Positions 29,662 through 39,697 of a stretch of DNA of 55,392 nt are shown one piece after another (the first letter of the stretch is position 1; each line of letters starts with the position of its first letter). Below the pieces are notes generated by a model. It made no database searches and was not told the origin of the DNA. It worked only from the letters and a program-made list of their open reading frames with translations. The DNA comes from a virus (taxonomy: Duplodnaviria > Caudoviricetes), in the IMG/VR virus record IMGVR_UViG_3300035701_004790, positions 1 to 55,392 of that record; one strand, 5' to 3'. A program made the translations under genes and the position numbers.

Positions 29662-30399
29662 TTAAATCGTTTCGAAACTATCCTTAACTTGGTATTGACT
29701 TAATTTTGGTAATTGATCAAAATCAGCAACATACCCATCTTTGGTTTTAACTATTCCTTGTGAATTAAAACTGTCCATTCTAGCTTGAAAAGTATTCCCA
29801 TTCCACATATCATTTAGATTAAAATAATATGGTGAACTATCTTGTTTTCTATTTTCAAATTTTTCAACATCAGTAGGTTCTTTTACTTTTTGAACTTCTC
29901 CGTGTAGTTCTGCTTGTTGGGCATTGAGACTATTAATTACATTTTCTAATTGATCAATTTTTTGAGACATTTTCTTCATTGCATCTAATTGAAATCTCAT
30001 TACTTCTTTTTGTAAATCTTCTGAACTTTGTGCTACTGGTTGTTGATTACCATCAGATGAAAATGGGGTTGTAGTCTCAGGAGCCACGTTTGCTGCTGGT
30101 AATTCTGGTGCTATTGAAGGAGCTTGTGAAGGTGCTGGTGAAGGAGCTTGTGAAGGTGCTGCTGGTGATGGCATAGGGGCTGCTGGAGCAGGTGCTGTTG
30201 ATCCTGACGATGGACTAGGCATTGGCTCTGGTGATGGCATAGGGGCTGGTGCAGGGGCATCTGCTTCCTTCATATTCCAACCTTCTGGAATGGAATCGAA
30301 AGAACTATCATCTATTACAGGTCTGTATGATGGTGTTTCATTCACCACATAACCCGAAATATAATTTATTCTGTCAATCTGTTTCTTTAAATCAGTCAT
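29662..30399 (-). CDS. Hypothetical protein with Pro/Ala-rich linker and coiled coil, 245 aa
   Basis: APAPMPSP and APSQAPS repeats, then a heptad region. Confidence 0.65.
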   Translation of the reverse strand: MTDLKKQIDRINYISGYVVNETPSYRPVIDDSSFDSIPEGWNMKEADAPAPAPMPSPEPMPSPSSGSTAPAPAAPMPSPAAPSQAPSPAPSQAPSIAPELPAANVAPETTTPFSSDGNQQPVAQSSEDLQKEVMRFQLDAMKKMSQKIDQLENVINSLNAQQAELHGEVQKVKEPTDVEKFENRKQDSSPYYFNLNDMWNGNTFQARMDSFNSQGIVKTKDGYVADFDQLPKLSQYQVKDSFETI

Positions 30400-30411
30400 A
30401 TGACAGAAAAA

Positions 30412-30591
30412 TTAATATTGTTCTCTCAATAATTGCTTACCATCTTTTGTAACGAAGACTTTATCAACTCTTTCAATCAATCCTTCTCTCTCATCCAGAA
30501 TAACCTTTTTGCTATTCTTATATTTCTTTGATTTGGGGGTGATGTTTAGAAATTGATCTAAAGCATTTTCGTTTTCTTCTACGTTTTTCAT
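30412..30591 (-). CDS. Small hypothetical protein, 59 aa (not in ORF track)
   Basis: MKNVEENENALDQFLNITPKSKKYKNSKKVILDEREGLIERVDKVFVTKDGKQLLREQY; fills the gap and starts 12 nt after a GTATTTAT motif. Confidence 0.7.
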   Translation of the reverse strand: MKNVEENENALDQFLNITPKSKKYKNSKKVILDEREGLIERVDKVFVTKDGKQLLREQY

Positions 30592-30610
30592 AGTAATTTT
30601 ATAATAAATA

Positions 30611-31246
30611 CTATGAAAACGAGAAAACGACCATGCTACGCTTTAGCATATCGAATTCAGGAAATAGCTTATAATACTTCTGATATTCCTCACCATGAGT
30701 ATCAATAATCTCCTTTATGGCCTTTTTCCTTAACATTCCAATGATCAATGAAGAATCTAATCCCAAATAATCAAATATTGACAATTTAAACCCATAGATG
30801 TTATTACCAACACAATAATAAACAACTTCATCTTTATAAATATAAAGATTTCCACCATCGGGCAAAAAGATGTTTATTGCATCAACACTAAAGAGATTAT
30901 TAAAAAAAGGATCACCGTTAATATACACATACCTAGACATATACATGTATGGAATTTTTTTAGTAAACAATTCCAAACCTTGAGTATATTGTATTATATC
31001 TTCTGTTGGTGAGAATTCCCAATAATGTTTGAATTGAGTATTTCCACTATGTATCTCCTTCTCCAAAATATCATGTTCATAAACTGGTAAAAGATCATTA
31101 ACCAAATTCCACCCAATTACCAATGTTGGCAATGACTTATCTGCTTTATTATCCTCCGATAATTTATGATAGCTAATATATGGCAATAGCATATGATTAA
31201 GCAAATCGCTTTCATTCCTATAAGCAATACGACCAAGTTTGATCAT
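30611..31246 (-). CDS. Hypothetical protein, 211 aa
   Basis: Intact ORF, TAATG-coupled to the upstream gene; no recognised family. Confidence 0.6.
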   Translation of the reverse strand: MIKLGRIAYRNESDLLNHMLLPYISYHKLSEDNKADKSLPTLVIGWNLVNDLLPVYEHDILEKEIHSGNTQFKHYWEFSPTEDIIQYTQGLELFTKKIPYMYMSRYVYINGDPFFNNLFSVDAINIFLPDGGNLYIYKDEVVYYCVGNNIYGFKLSIFDYLGLDSSLIIGMLRKKAIKEIIDTHGEEYQKYYKLFPEFDMLKRSMVVFSFS

Positions 31247-31920
31247 TAATCAAATTTTTCAGTGTATACAGATTTGTTATAAAATAAGCATCTTCCTCTT
31301 GACCCACAAGCTTCATTCACACTATCTGACAACATGTAACAACCATACCCATGAAAATCAAATAAATTAACCCAATATTGAATTGGCTGTTCATTGGGGT
31401 GATGAAGATGTGGTCTTCCACGTCCTCTAACTGCTGACGACCACCAGATCACATCAGATTCACATATTAGATTGTGTACTAGTATTCCTGCAAATGGTGG
31501 TTCTAAATGTTCTGCAACTTCTGTACATAATGCAATATCATAAGGCTTTACAGATAGTGGTTCTTTGAACGCAACTTTTCTAAAATCACGTTTTACTTGA
31601 CTCGTTGCATCATCAGCACCATCCAAAGTTTGTATCTCATAACCCAATTGTTTGAATCTATTCGAAAACCACGCACCTGCACTACCATATTCAACAATGT
31701 TAACGAGTTTTCTCTTTGTTATTTTTTCAAAATATTCAGGCACATAGTTACAATATGAAATAATCACATTATTATCAAGACCATGACCATTATTAAAATA
31801 TACTGCAGGATAATCATCACTTAATTTTCCAATACGAAAAGCTTGTGGATTTGATGGATTGTCCCACCAATTCAATTCATCCATATAACCATTATCCGTT
31901 CCATTTTCAAATATTTTCAT
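31246..31920 (-). CDS. Class I SAM-dependent methyltransferase
   Basis: IVEYGSAGAW motif I, YDIALCTEVAEHLE, HHPNEQP..YW..LF; typical of glycan-cluster methyltransferases. Confidence 0.75.
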   Translation of the reverse strand: MKIFENGTDNGYMDELNWWDNPSNPQAFRIGKLSDDYPAVYFNNGHGLDNNVIISYCNYVPEYFEKITKRKLVNIVEYGSAGAWFSNRFKQLGYEIQTLDGADDATSQVKRDFRKVAFKEPLSVKPYDIALCTEVAEHLEPPFAGILVHNLICESDVIWWSSAVRGRGRPHLHHPNEQPIQYWVNLFDFHGYGCYMLSDSVNEACGSRGRCLFYNKSVYTEKFD

Positions 31921-32953
31921 ATAATTCTTTTATTATTTTGGTTATTTTTTTTGCCGAATGACCATCTCCAAAAGGACAAATATGATTATGTGTAACTTCA
32001 TATTTTTTCATCAATTCCTTAGTCATTGTAATCAATTCTTTTGGCTTTTCACATAACTCAGTTGTGTATCCCAAGGCTTCTGGTCTTTCTGTTTCTTTTC
32101 TACATACAATTGCTCGTTTTCCAAAGAAAGAACATTCTTCCTGAATACCACCACTATCAGTAATCACAAATTTACACTTTACAAGTATATTAAGCAAATC
32201 TTCATGAGATAATGGTTCAACTACCTTTACATTCTTTAGAATATGCGCAAATTTCTTCACATTCGGATTTGGATGTATTGGAAGTATGAATTCGTGATCT
32301 TTATATATTCCTGCGAGTTTATCTATTGCCTCAAACCAGTACTGGATAGTTTCATGATTTTCTCTACGGTGTAATGTAATCAATATTTTATTTTCATAAT
32401 CACATTTACTTACATAATGTAAAAGATTATCCAATGCAGTATTCCCCACTACATATTTGCTACCACCAACTTGTTCATTGTTTAAATTTCCCTCATTTTG
32501 AATTGTAGGACATAAATGAACTGTTGTTATACGAGATATTAATTGTCTGTTGGCCTCTTCTGGATATGGATTATCTAAATCATGTGTTCTCAAACCTGCT
32601 TCAAGATGTATTACTTTAAGACCACGATTATAAGCAAATAATGCAACTGCTAGTGCTGATGTTGTATCACCTTGAACCAATACATATTTAATTTGACTCA
32701 TTACACCTCTTAACACTACCTCTGCTTCACTAAGAATACCACTTAAAATATTGTTTAATCTATTTGATGGTGATGTGTTTCCTAATGAAATTTGAAAATT
32801 TATATCATTCTCATCAAAAATATTTGAATCAATAATATTTTCATGTTGTCCAGTAAAAAGAACGCAAAATCTTATATTCGTCTTTTTTAATTCAATAATA
32901 AGTGGTTTTATTTTTAACCATTCTGGTCGAGTACCATATGCAATTAATAACAT
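31907..32953 (-). CDS. wecB: UDP-N-acetylglucosamine 2-epimerase (non-hydrolysing)
   Basis: GTRPE, TGQH, VQGDTTS, HLEAGLRT, PYPEEANR, TLHRRE, TDSGGIQEE, TERPE, PFGDG. Confidence 0.93.
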   Translation of the reverse strand: MLLIAYGTRPEWLKIKPLIIELKKTNIRFCVLFTGQHENIIDSNIFDENDINFQISLGNTSPSNRLNNILSGILSEAEVVLRGVMSQIKYVLVQGDTTSALAVALFAYNRGLKVIHLEAGLRTHDLDNPYPEEANRQLISRITTVHLCPTIQNEGNLNNEQVGGSKYVVGNTALDNLLHYVSKCDYENKILITLHRRENHETIQYWFEAIDKLAGIYKDHEFILPIHPNPNVKKFAHILKNVKVVEPLSHEDLLNILVKCKFVITDSGGIQEECSFFGKRAIVCRKETERPEALGYTTELCEKPKELITMTKELMKKYEVTHNHICPFGDGHSAKKITKIIKELYENI

Positions 32954-32954
32954 A

Positions 32955-33746
32955 TTATCTTAAATCGTTTATAACAATAGGCAACACTCCATCAAATTTT
33001 TCGGCCTTTGACCATGCATGTGGTGCTATCATATGTAAGTTATTCATTTCTGGTGTCCATTTCAACCATTTTGTTTTATACCAATTATCTCCATCAAATT
33101 CTGCTGCATGACCCCAAGTATTTATTTTTTCATAAACTTCTTTATCAGATAAGACATATGAACCGTGATAACAAATAGCATCATCAACACTAATATCAAA
33201 AGGATTATTACTTTTATTTGGTCTTCTTTTTCTTTCAAATCTAACACCTCTTTTTAAATTTATTGCAAACTCTGGAAATCCAGTAATTTTATTTCCTGCC
33301 GAATCCAATAAAATGTAATTGAAGTTTTTCCAAAAACAATACCACCCAACCCTATAAAAATCCCAATCAGGATTCTCTCTTAAGATTAGTAATGCTTTTG
33401 CAAATTGATCGTGGAAATAGAATTCGTCAGCATCATGAATAACCAAAAAATCCATTCCATCTTTAATTGCAGCATCAACACAAGAATTTCTTTGTTCCTC
33501 TTCTGTATTCCAACGACCCTCAATGATAGTAACTTTATCGTTATATTCAGAATTACGAATAACATTCAAATCAAAAGAATTTTTAAATTTACCTCTAGCA
33601 TGGATATTGTAAGTCCAAGGTTCGTCACTATATGCCACATATATCTTATCAACATGACGATATGCATTTTCGAGATTTCTCATTATCCACTTGTCCTGTC
33701 CGAATAGAACAACATGTGTGGCAATTTTGACGTTATTTAAATCCAT
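32955..33746 (-). CDS. GT-A fold glycosyltransferase (GT2-like)
   Basis: EEEQRN...DFLVIHDADEFY with a DxD motif; C-terminal CYHGSYV...K...WGH. Confidence 0.7.
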   Translation of the reverse strand: MDLNNVKIATHVVLFGQDKWIMRNLENAYRHVDKIYVAYSDEPWTYNIHARGKFKNSFDLNVIRNSEYNDKVTIIEGRWNTEEEQRNSCVDAAIKDGMDFLVIHDADEFYFHDQFAKALLILRENPDWDFYRVGWYCFWKNFNYILLDSAGNKITGFPEFAINLKRGVRFERKRRPNKSNNPFDISVDDAICYHGSYVLSDKEVYEKINTWGHAAEFDGDNWYKTKWLKWTPEMNNLHMIAPHAWSKAEKFDGVLPIVINDLR

Positions 33747-34347
33747 TTCGAAATAATATATCTTGTTGAAATAAATTTCCTTCTAAATAATGTTGACCTA
33801 TAACAGTATCTGCTATATATCCATGTTGATCCATGTATTTTATAACTTCCTCTTCTTTTGGGGAATTCAAATTCCATTCTATTAACGATGTCTCCATAAT
33901 AATGAAATCAGCTTCGAGCATCATTTTTTGTCCACCATTTAAAATATCTATTTCTGAACCTTGAGTATCTAATTTAATTAAACCAAAAGTAAAATCAGGA
34001 AAAATTATATCAAGAGTTGTTGTCATTTTCTCTTCAATGATAACTAATCCATCTTTATAGTGTTCAGTATTCTCTCTATATATTGACGTACCAGTACACT
34101 TTGGGTTCTTACTATTCTTATATAAATTAACTTTTTTAACTGTATCAGCTAATAGCATGATTTGAAAAGAAACATTCAATGCAGTAAGGTCTTCCCTAAC
34201 ACTTTCATTTCCATCAACCAAAAAAAACTTTGCTTTTGGCCAATATTGTTTTGCATGTAAATAAAACTGTCCAACATTACACCCAATATCTAAAACTTTT
34301 TTAGGGGTGTATTTGAATTTTGATTCTAAAATTGACAAATCCATCAT
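33733..34347 (-). CDS. FkbM-family methyltransferase
   Basis: VLDIGCNVG, TTLD, LIKLDTQGSEIDILNG. Confidence 0.85.
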   Translation of the reverse strand: MMDLSILESKFKYTPKKVLDIGCNVGQFYLHAKQYWPKAKFFLVDGNESVREDLTALNVSFQIMLLADTVKKVNLYKNSKNPKCTGTSIYRENTEHYKDGLVIIEEKMTTTLDIIFPDFTFGLIKLDTQGSEIDILNGGQKMMLEADFIIMETSLIEWNLNSPKEEEVIKYMDQHGYIADTVIGQHYLEGNLFQQDILFRNGFK

Positions 34348-34350
34348 AAA

Positions 34351-35316
34351 TTATGTGAGAAAAACTTTTTTAAATTTATCCATAACGGCCTCTGGTGTAA
34401 ATTCTTTATATGCGTTCCAATCTTTAGATTTATCTAAATAAAGTTGATAATTTACTAAAGATTGAGTTAAAGATTCCACCGTATTATAATAAATACCCTT
34501 ATTTCCCAACATTGCAATGTGTGCAGTATCACGTCCATATTCACAAGTCAGTACTGGTTTATTACAGATTGAAAATTCTGCAATTGCTAAACCGAAACTT
34601 TCCCCTGCTTTTCTACCATGTATCATAGCATTGCATGTATTAATAAATCTTCTCTTTTCTACCAAATCCGTAATTGGTTGAAGATATATAATGTTTTGTA
34701 TGGGTATTGGGGTAAACTTCTCGGTATTGAGAAATACGAAATAAATATTAGGATTTCTAACTGCGACATCTACTACTACTTGTTGCACTTCTGGATAATC
34801 AAAAGTCTCGTATCCACCATGTCTTCCATAAACCATAGCATCGAAAGGTATGTTTAGTTCTTCTCTCATATCTCCATTTACATTAGGAAGATCAACCATA
34901 TATGGAACGTATGGATGTCTATTTCCATAGAGTTCACTTAACCATTTTGATATGTAAGCATATACATCTCCGTGTGGTTGTTCATGTTGAAAAACAGCAT
35001 GTACTACCGTTTTACAACTTTCAGAAACAACATCATCAATAATACCAGCCTTCTGTACATAAAAAACATCTGTTTGATTTCCTTTTATTATTCGTTGAAG
35101 TTCTTCAATAGTTCGATAGAAATAAACTTCAAACTGATCTTCAAACTTTCTAATTGCCAATGGATCGGAATATTTCCACACATCAGGATGTTTAGCAATA
35201 ACAATGCTTTCATTTCCTAAATATGATTTATTATACTTCGCATAGTCATACATCGATACTTCCGTACCACGTAATGATAATTGATTCGTGTGAAATGCTA
35301 TTTTCATTCTTTCCAC
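34351..35316 (-). CDS. GT-B fold glycosyltransferase (GT4-like)
   Basis: RGTEV..YDYA N-terminus, GRHGG, GESFGLAIAEF (ExFGxxxxE motif). Confidence 0.8.
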   Translation of the reverse strand: MERMKIAFHTNQLSLRGTEVSMYDYAKYNKSYLGNESIVIAKHPDVWKYSDPLAIRKFEDQFEVYFYRTIEELQRIIKGNQTDVFYVQKAGIIDDVVSESCKTVVHAVFQHEQPHGDVYAYISKWLSELYGNRHPYVPYMVDLPNVNGDMREELNIPFDAMVYGRHGGYETFDYPEVQQVVVDVAVRNPNIYFVFLNTEKFTPIPIQNIIYLQPITDLVEKRRFINTCNAMIHGRKAGESFGLAIAEFSICNKPVLTCEYGRDTAHIAMLGNKGIYYNTVESLTQSLVNYQLYLDKSKDWNAYKEFTPEAVMDKFKKVFLT

Positions 35317-35963
35317 CCCCTTTGACCAATATTCGTATGTGTAAAACCTAATGTCTGATTTAATATTTCGTTGTATTGATCTCCATCATTACCATGAATA
35401 TAATGTATGATATTCTTGTTAGGTATTTTCTGGACGAGATTATACATATTAACCTCTGGAGATATTGAACCTCTCAAATCTCTTTCTATTTTTTGTTCAT
35501 CAGTAAATGGAATAAAATTTTCATATGCAAGCATTGCTCCTTTTTTTGAAAAGAACATAGCTTCCATCATAGCATATTTTGTCCCAATGTCAGGTAAATT
35601 AGATGGGGTTCTACCTATGAAATCATATTTACCAGAAACAATATCCTCTATGTGCTGCATTACTAATTGTGGATTTGAAACATACACGTCATCATGTGAA
35701 AATATGATAACATCTGAATTGTGATCTAGGGCCATCTTTATTGAGTAATATGCACCATTTACGCACCCAATTTTATGTGTGGCCTGTTCAAAATATTTGA
35801 ACCCCACATTATAGTATTCCAAATCATCGAAATGTTTTTCAAATTCTAAATTATTGTAGGCGACAAATTTACCGCAGCCAAGAATTAGAGCATCATCTGT
35901 TTCTAATGTTCTCATAAGTGTCTTCGGTCTATCGTAGACATTATGTGCAAAACTAATTTCCAT
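35304..35963 (-). CDS. Putative GT-A fold glycosyltransferase
   Basis: DVIIFSHDDVY acidic motif at the DxD position; lies within the glycan cluster. Confidence 0.5.
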   Translation of the reverse strand: MEISFAHNVYDRPKTLMRTLETDDALILGCGKFVAYNNLEFEKHFDDLEYYNVGFKYFEQATHKIGCVNGAYYSIKMALDHNSDVIIFSHDDVYVSNPQLVMQHIEDIVSGKYDFIGRTPSNLPDIGTKYAMMEAMFFSKKGAMLAYENFIPFTDEQKIERDLRGSISPEVNMYNLVQKIPNKNIIHYIHGNDGDQYNEILNQTLGFTHTNIGQRGWKE

Positions 35964-36672
35964 TTTGTGTTTTTATTATACAATTATGAACAAAATTATA
36001 ATCCTCTTCATCCAATCTCACTCCAGTATATTCAGAGAAATGCCAATTATCTGTAGCACCACGATTAACTCTAAAAATATGTCCAAAATCAATCACATAC
36101 CTACCTATGGTTTTCAATACTTTAAAACCATCAAATCTAGAGTTGGTTCTTACTTCCCAATCCCAAGGATTGATATTAGGTGCTAAGTATTTTTTAAAAT
36201 ACGATGTTCTCCAAAGAGAATAGTGTAACGACAATCTGTAGTCTCCGTTTTGAAGTGGTGCTTCGACAAGACGATAATCCCCTCTGGTCGTATATTCATT
36301 ATATGATGGAAAATTTTTTATGGATGCAGTCGTTATTGCAATTTTTCCTATAGTAGGGTCATTTCTCATGACTAGTTCCAAATCATTCAATAATTTAAGA
36401 TCAAGTTGTTTTAAAATAACGATGTCATCATTGCCATATACAAAAAACTCATCATCAAAAGTGTCAAAAAATTTAATTAGATCATTTGAAAAATTCTGTG
36501 GGCCAGTATCTTCACCTAGACAAACGAACTTCCAATTCTGCATATCAAAATCAGGTTTCTTAAACCCTAATACTGTAACATCTAAATCCTTACCACCAAA
36601 TTTATCGGTGGTGTACTTATTTGCTTCAATGATATTACGATACTTATCGCATGTTGGTATTATGAATTTCAT
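35953..36672 (-). CDS. Putative GT-A-like glycosyltransferase
   Basis: IPTCDKY, FFVYGNDD, YRLSL..SLWR, NPWDWE; lies within the glycan cluster. Confidence 0.5.
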   Translation of the reverse strand: MKFIIPTCDKYRNIIEANKYTTDKFGGKDLDVTVLGFKKPDFDMQNWKFVCLGEDTGPQNFSNDLIKFFDTFDDEFFVYGNDDIVILKQLDLKLLNDLELVMRNDPTIGKIAITTASIKNFPSYNEYTTRGDYRLVEAPLQNGDYRLSLHYSLWRTSYFKKYLAPNINPWDWEVRTNSRFDGFKVLKTIGRYVIDFGHIFRVNRGATDNWHFSEYTGVRLDEEDYNFVHNCIIKTQNGN

Positions 36673-37670
36673 TATCTATCGGATTTTATGTTTTGTAAAA
36701 CATCCAGCCAATGATCACACATTTCATACATTATTTCTTCAAATGTATAAGAAGGTTTCCACCCTAATGTTGTTCTGATTTTTGTTGAATCTCCCTTCAA
36801 GTATGGAAGTTCTTCCGGTCTCAAATATTGTGCATCTTGTGACACATAATCTCTATAATCCAAACCAAAATGTTTAAACACAACTTCACACATATCACGT
36901 ACTGAATGTGTCTCCATAGTACTAATGACAAAATCATCCGCAACATCATGATTCAATATCATGTGCATTCCTTTTACATAATCTTTTGAATGACCCCAGT
37001 CACGATATGAATCCATGTTTCCCATTACTAATTTATCGGCCAATCCTAACTTAATCATTGCTGCAGTTTTAACCACTTTACTTGTTACAAAATTACTACC
37101 ACGTCTAGCCGATTCATGATTAAAAAGTATTCCATTAGTTGCATGTAACTTATATGCACGTCTATAATGTCTAACCATATTATATGCAAAAACTTTAGAA
37201 CATCCATATGGTGAAACGGGATTCATTAATGTCGTCTCTCTCTGAAATCCATCCTCATCAATAGATAACCCAAACATTTCGGATGAACTAGCTTGATAGA
37301 ATTTTGCTTTAGGACATATCCTCTTATATGCTTCTAAAATATTAACAACACCAACCGAATTCGTTTGGACAGTAAATTGTGGAATATCAAAACTAATTCT
37401 AACATGACTTTGCGCTGCCAAATTATATATTTCGTCAGGCATTATTTCCGTTAATGCTCTCTCTATAGATGTTTGATCTAAAAGATCACCGTATCTAAGG
37501 TGAAAATCTTTATGCCTCGATAGACCTTCTAATCTATAATGTTGATTTTCGGCAACAGAATTTCTTCTTATTATTCCATGCACTTCATATCCCAATGATG
37601 CTAAGTATTCGGCTAGATAACTACCATCTTGTCCACTAATTCCAGTAATAAATGCTTTTTTCTTATTCAT
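36672..37670 (-). CDS. gmd: GDP-mannose 4,6-dehydratase
   Basis: AFITGISGQDGSYLAE, YNLAAQSHV, YQASSSEMFG, SPYGCSK, GILFNHES, RDWGH. Confidence 0.95.
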   Translation of the reverse strand: MNKKKAFITGISGQDGSYLAEYLASLGYEVHGIIRRNSVAENQHYRLEGLSRHKDFHLRYGDLLDQTSIERALTEIMPDEIYNLAAQSHVRISFDIPQFTVQTNSVGVVNILEAYKRICPKAKFYQASSSEMFGLSIDEDGFQRETTLMNPVSPYGCSKVFAYNMVRHYRRAYKLHATNGILFNHESARRGSNFVTSKVVKTAAMIKLGLADKLVMGNMDSYRDWGHSKDYVKGMHMILNHDVADDFVISTMETHSVRDMCEVVFKHFGLDYRDYVSQDAQYLRPEELPYLKGDSTKIRTTLGWKPSYTFEEIMYEMCDHWLDVLQNIKSDR

Positions 37671-38407
37671 TAAAATAATAAATTTTTCATCATCTCTTCA
37701 ACATCAGGATATGTTGTATTATTTCCACTATCTTCATTATCGTCAGGAACCTGATCCATTAGAATAATTCCACGTGCTGCATCTTCTGGAGTCATATACA
37801 TATGGTATCCAATCGTCTTTACGTGATTAGGATGATCATAAGGTAGAGTTAAATCTCTCCCATCATATGACATCAATTTCAACACTTTATAAATTTCTTC
37901 GTTATCAGTTAAAATCATTCCACCCTTTCCAATAGGAACCCTTTTCTTTAGTTGAAATGATACTGTCTGTAATGCTCCATTACCCACGTACATCCCTCTT
38001 CTCCATCTCACCGCACCATCAAAAATATTGAAGGGTAATAATTGATAAATTCCAGTCCATTCTCTATCCTCGTACCTAACTTGAAATCCTGCATGTATGA
38101 TTTGCATTGGAACCGATACATATGTTCTTTTAGGTATTAATATCTGTGGATCAAACACATTCTTCATAACCCAATTCATATTGTTTCGTTCATATTTCAA
38201 AGCTAGAAATAATGCATGAGAACAACAATCAACAGCAACCGCATATTTTGAACCAGCAAATTCAGCCACTTTCTTTTCAAAAATATCAATCACATCTCTA
38301 GGATCAGACCAATCATATCCTAATGCTTTAACCTGATCCAGTTCTGGTCTTTGAAATTCCTTCGGCAATTTACCTAAAGGATAACTATTATATTTGTATT
38401 TTGTCAT
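37670..38407 (-). CDS. DegT/DnrJ/EryC1/StrS-family PLP enzyme, short form (245 aa)
   Basis: FEKKVAEFAGSKYAVAV, IFDGA (PLP Asp), SFQLKK..PIGKGGMILTD (catalytic Lys region); lacks the usual C-terminal domain. Confidence 0.78.
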   Translation of the reverse strand: MTKYKYNSYPLGKLPKEFQRPELDQVKALGYDWSDPRDVIDIFEKKVAEFAGSKYAVAVDCCSHALFLALKYERNNMNWVMKNVFDPQILIPKRTYVSVPMQIIHAGFQVRYEDREWTGIYQLLPFNIFDGAVRWRRGMYVGNGALQTVSFQLKKRVPIGKGGMILTDNEEIYKVLKLMSYDGRDLTLPYDHPNHVKTIGYHMYMTPEDAARGIILMDQVPDDNEDSGNNTTYPDVEEMMKNLLF

Positions 38408-39174
38408 ATTATCACTGATTTTTTTAATGTATTAGAATAAATTTTTGCTGCATTAGATAGATTACTTACCCTATGTATTAATACACCACATTTAGATAGT
38501 AAGAACATGTCAATAAATGAATCATGCCAAAAAGATTCTTCATTAAAATGATCTAATTGAAATCCCTCATTACCCACTTTATTATCATCTGTAGTTTCAC
38601 TATGTGGTCTCATTAGCTCATCGTAGTAAATAATTTTATCACCATATATCTTTTGTAATTTCTCTATTGATTCAATATTATCGGAGGCAACAAATATCTT
38701 ATCATGTTCTTCATTTAAAGCTAAATTTATTTTATAAACATAATCCTCAAAAGATTTTCTTCCGTAATCAGAACCATGATGTCTATCCATATCGGTCAAT
38801 CTAATATGCACACCTATAGTCTTATCTGTTAAATTCAAAAGAATCAATGCCTTATCAATCTTAGACTGTAATCTCGAATTAATTTTTAACTTTGATTCAA
38901 TAATTTTAAATCTCTGGAGTTTATCTTGTGGTATATGATCCGTATATGGAGGCATTGACATACATAGTATCGTAGCATCTGGAGTTATAGGTTTTTGCTC
39001 AAACAAAAAATCAAACGGATTTATATCTGGTCTAACGAAAGGATGCAAATTATTTAAAAACAAATTTTCAATCTCATGTATGTTAATAGTCACATTCATC
39101 TCCAAATTTTGAAAAATCAATAACATCTTTGAAAAGACACCACCACCATAAACATCTACATGTAGATTACTCAT
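38404..39174 (-). CDS. Fucosyltransferase-fold glycosyltransferase (NodZ/GT23/GT11-like)
   Basis: IGVHIRLTD (motif I), IFVASD (motif II), DMFLLSKC...SNLS (motif III). Confidence 0.75.
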   Translation of the reverse strand: MSNLHVDVYGGGVFSKMLLIFQNLEMNVTINIHEIENLFLNNLHPFVRPDINPFDFLFEQKPITPDATILCMSMPPYTDHIPQDKLQRFKIIESKLKINSRLQSKIDKALILLNLTDKTIGVHIRLTDMDRHHGSDYGRKSFEDYVYKINLALNEEHDKIFVASDNIESIEKLQKIYGDKIIYYDELMRPHSETTDDNKVGNEGFQLDHFNEESFWHDSFIDMFLLSKCGVLIHRVSNLSNAAKIYSNTLKKSVII

Positions 39175-39697
39175 TATATCCTAATTTTTTAGCACTTTCA
39201 ATCATTTTAGTACCATCAATTTTCTTTACCAATACTGCAGGATTTCCTTTATAAACACCCCACTCTTCTGTATCTCCAATTAATAAACTACCCGCAGTTA
39301 ATAAAACACCTTTTCGTAATCTTGAATTAGGCATAATCATAGCATTCATACCCAAGTTCGAAAACATTTCCATTACTACACCACCTGTCATCTGTCTTCC
39401 TTTCAATTCTTTTGGTATCATAGCTCCAAACAATCCACTATCATCAAATCTATCTGATGTACATACTATTCTTGCACCAGCCATAATATTGTTAAACCCC
39501 TCAGCAATGAATTTTCCATTCACCCCTCCTATACAAGTAACATGTGGTGAAATATGAATGTAGTTTCCTAGTATCATTGACGTTGCACAATAAAAACCAA
39601 AATCAATAGCCACATGATCACCAATAGTAACCAGTTCTGGTCTTTTTATTCTTACAAACTCATCGATAATAACATCCTTTCCGATTACCATATACAA
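39167..39697 (-). CDS. Hexapeptide-repeat (left-handed beta-helix) acyltransferase
   Basis: VIGKDVII, TIGDHVAI, ILGNYIHI repeats and a C-terminal GNPA. Confidence 0.8.
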   Translation of the reverse strand: MYMVIGKDVIIDEFVRIKRPELVTIGDHVAIDFGFYCATSMILGNYIHISPHVTCIGGVNGKFIAEGFNNIMAGARIVCTSDRFDDSGLFGAMIPKELKGRQMTGGVVMEMFSNLGMNAMIMPNSRLRKGVLLTAGSLLIGDTEEWGVYKGNPAVLVKKIDGTKMIESAKKLGYNE

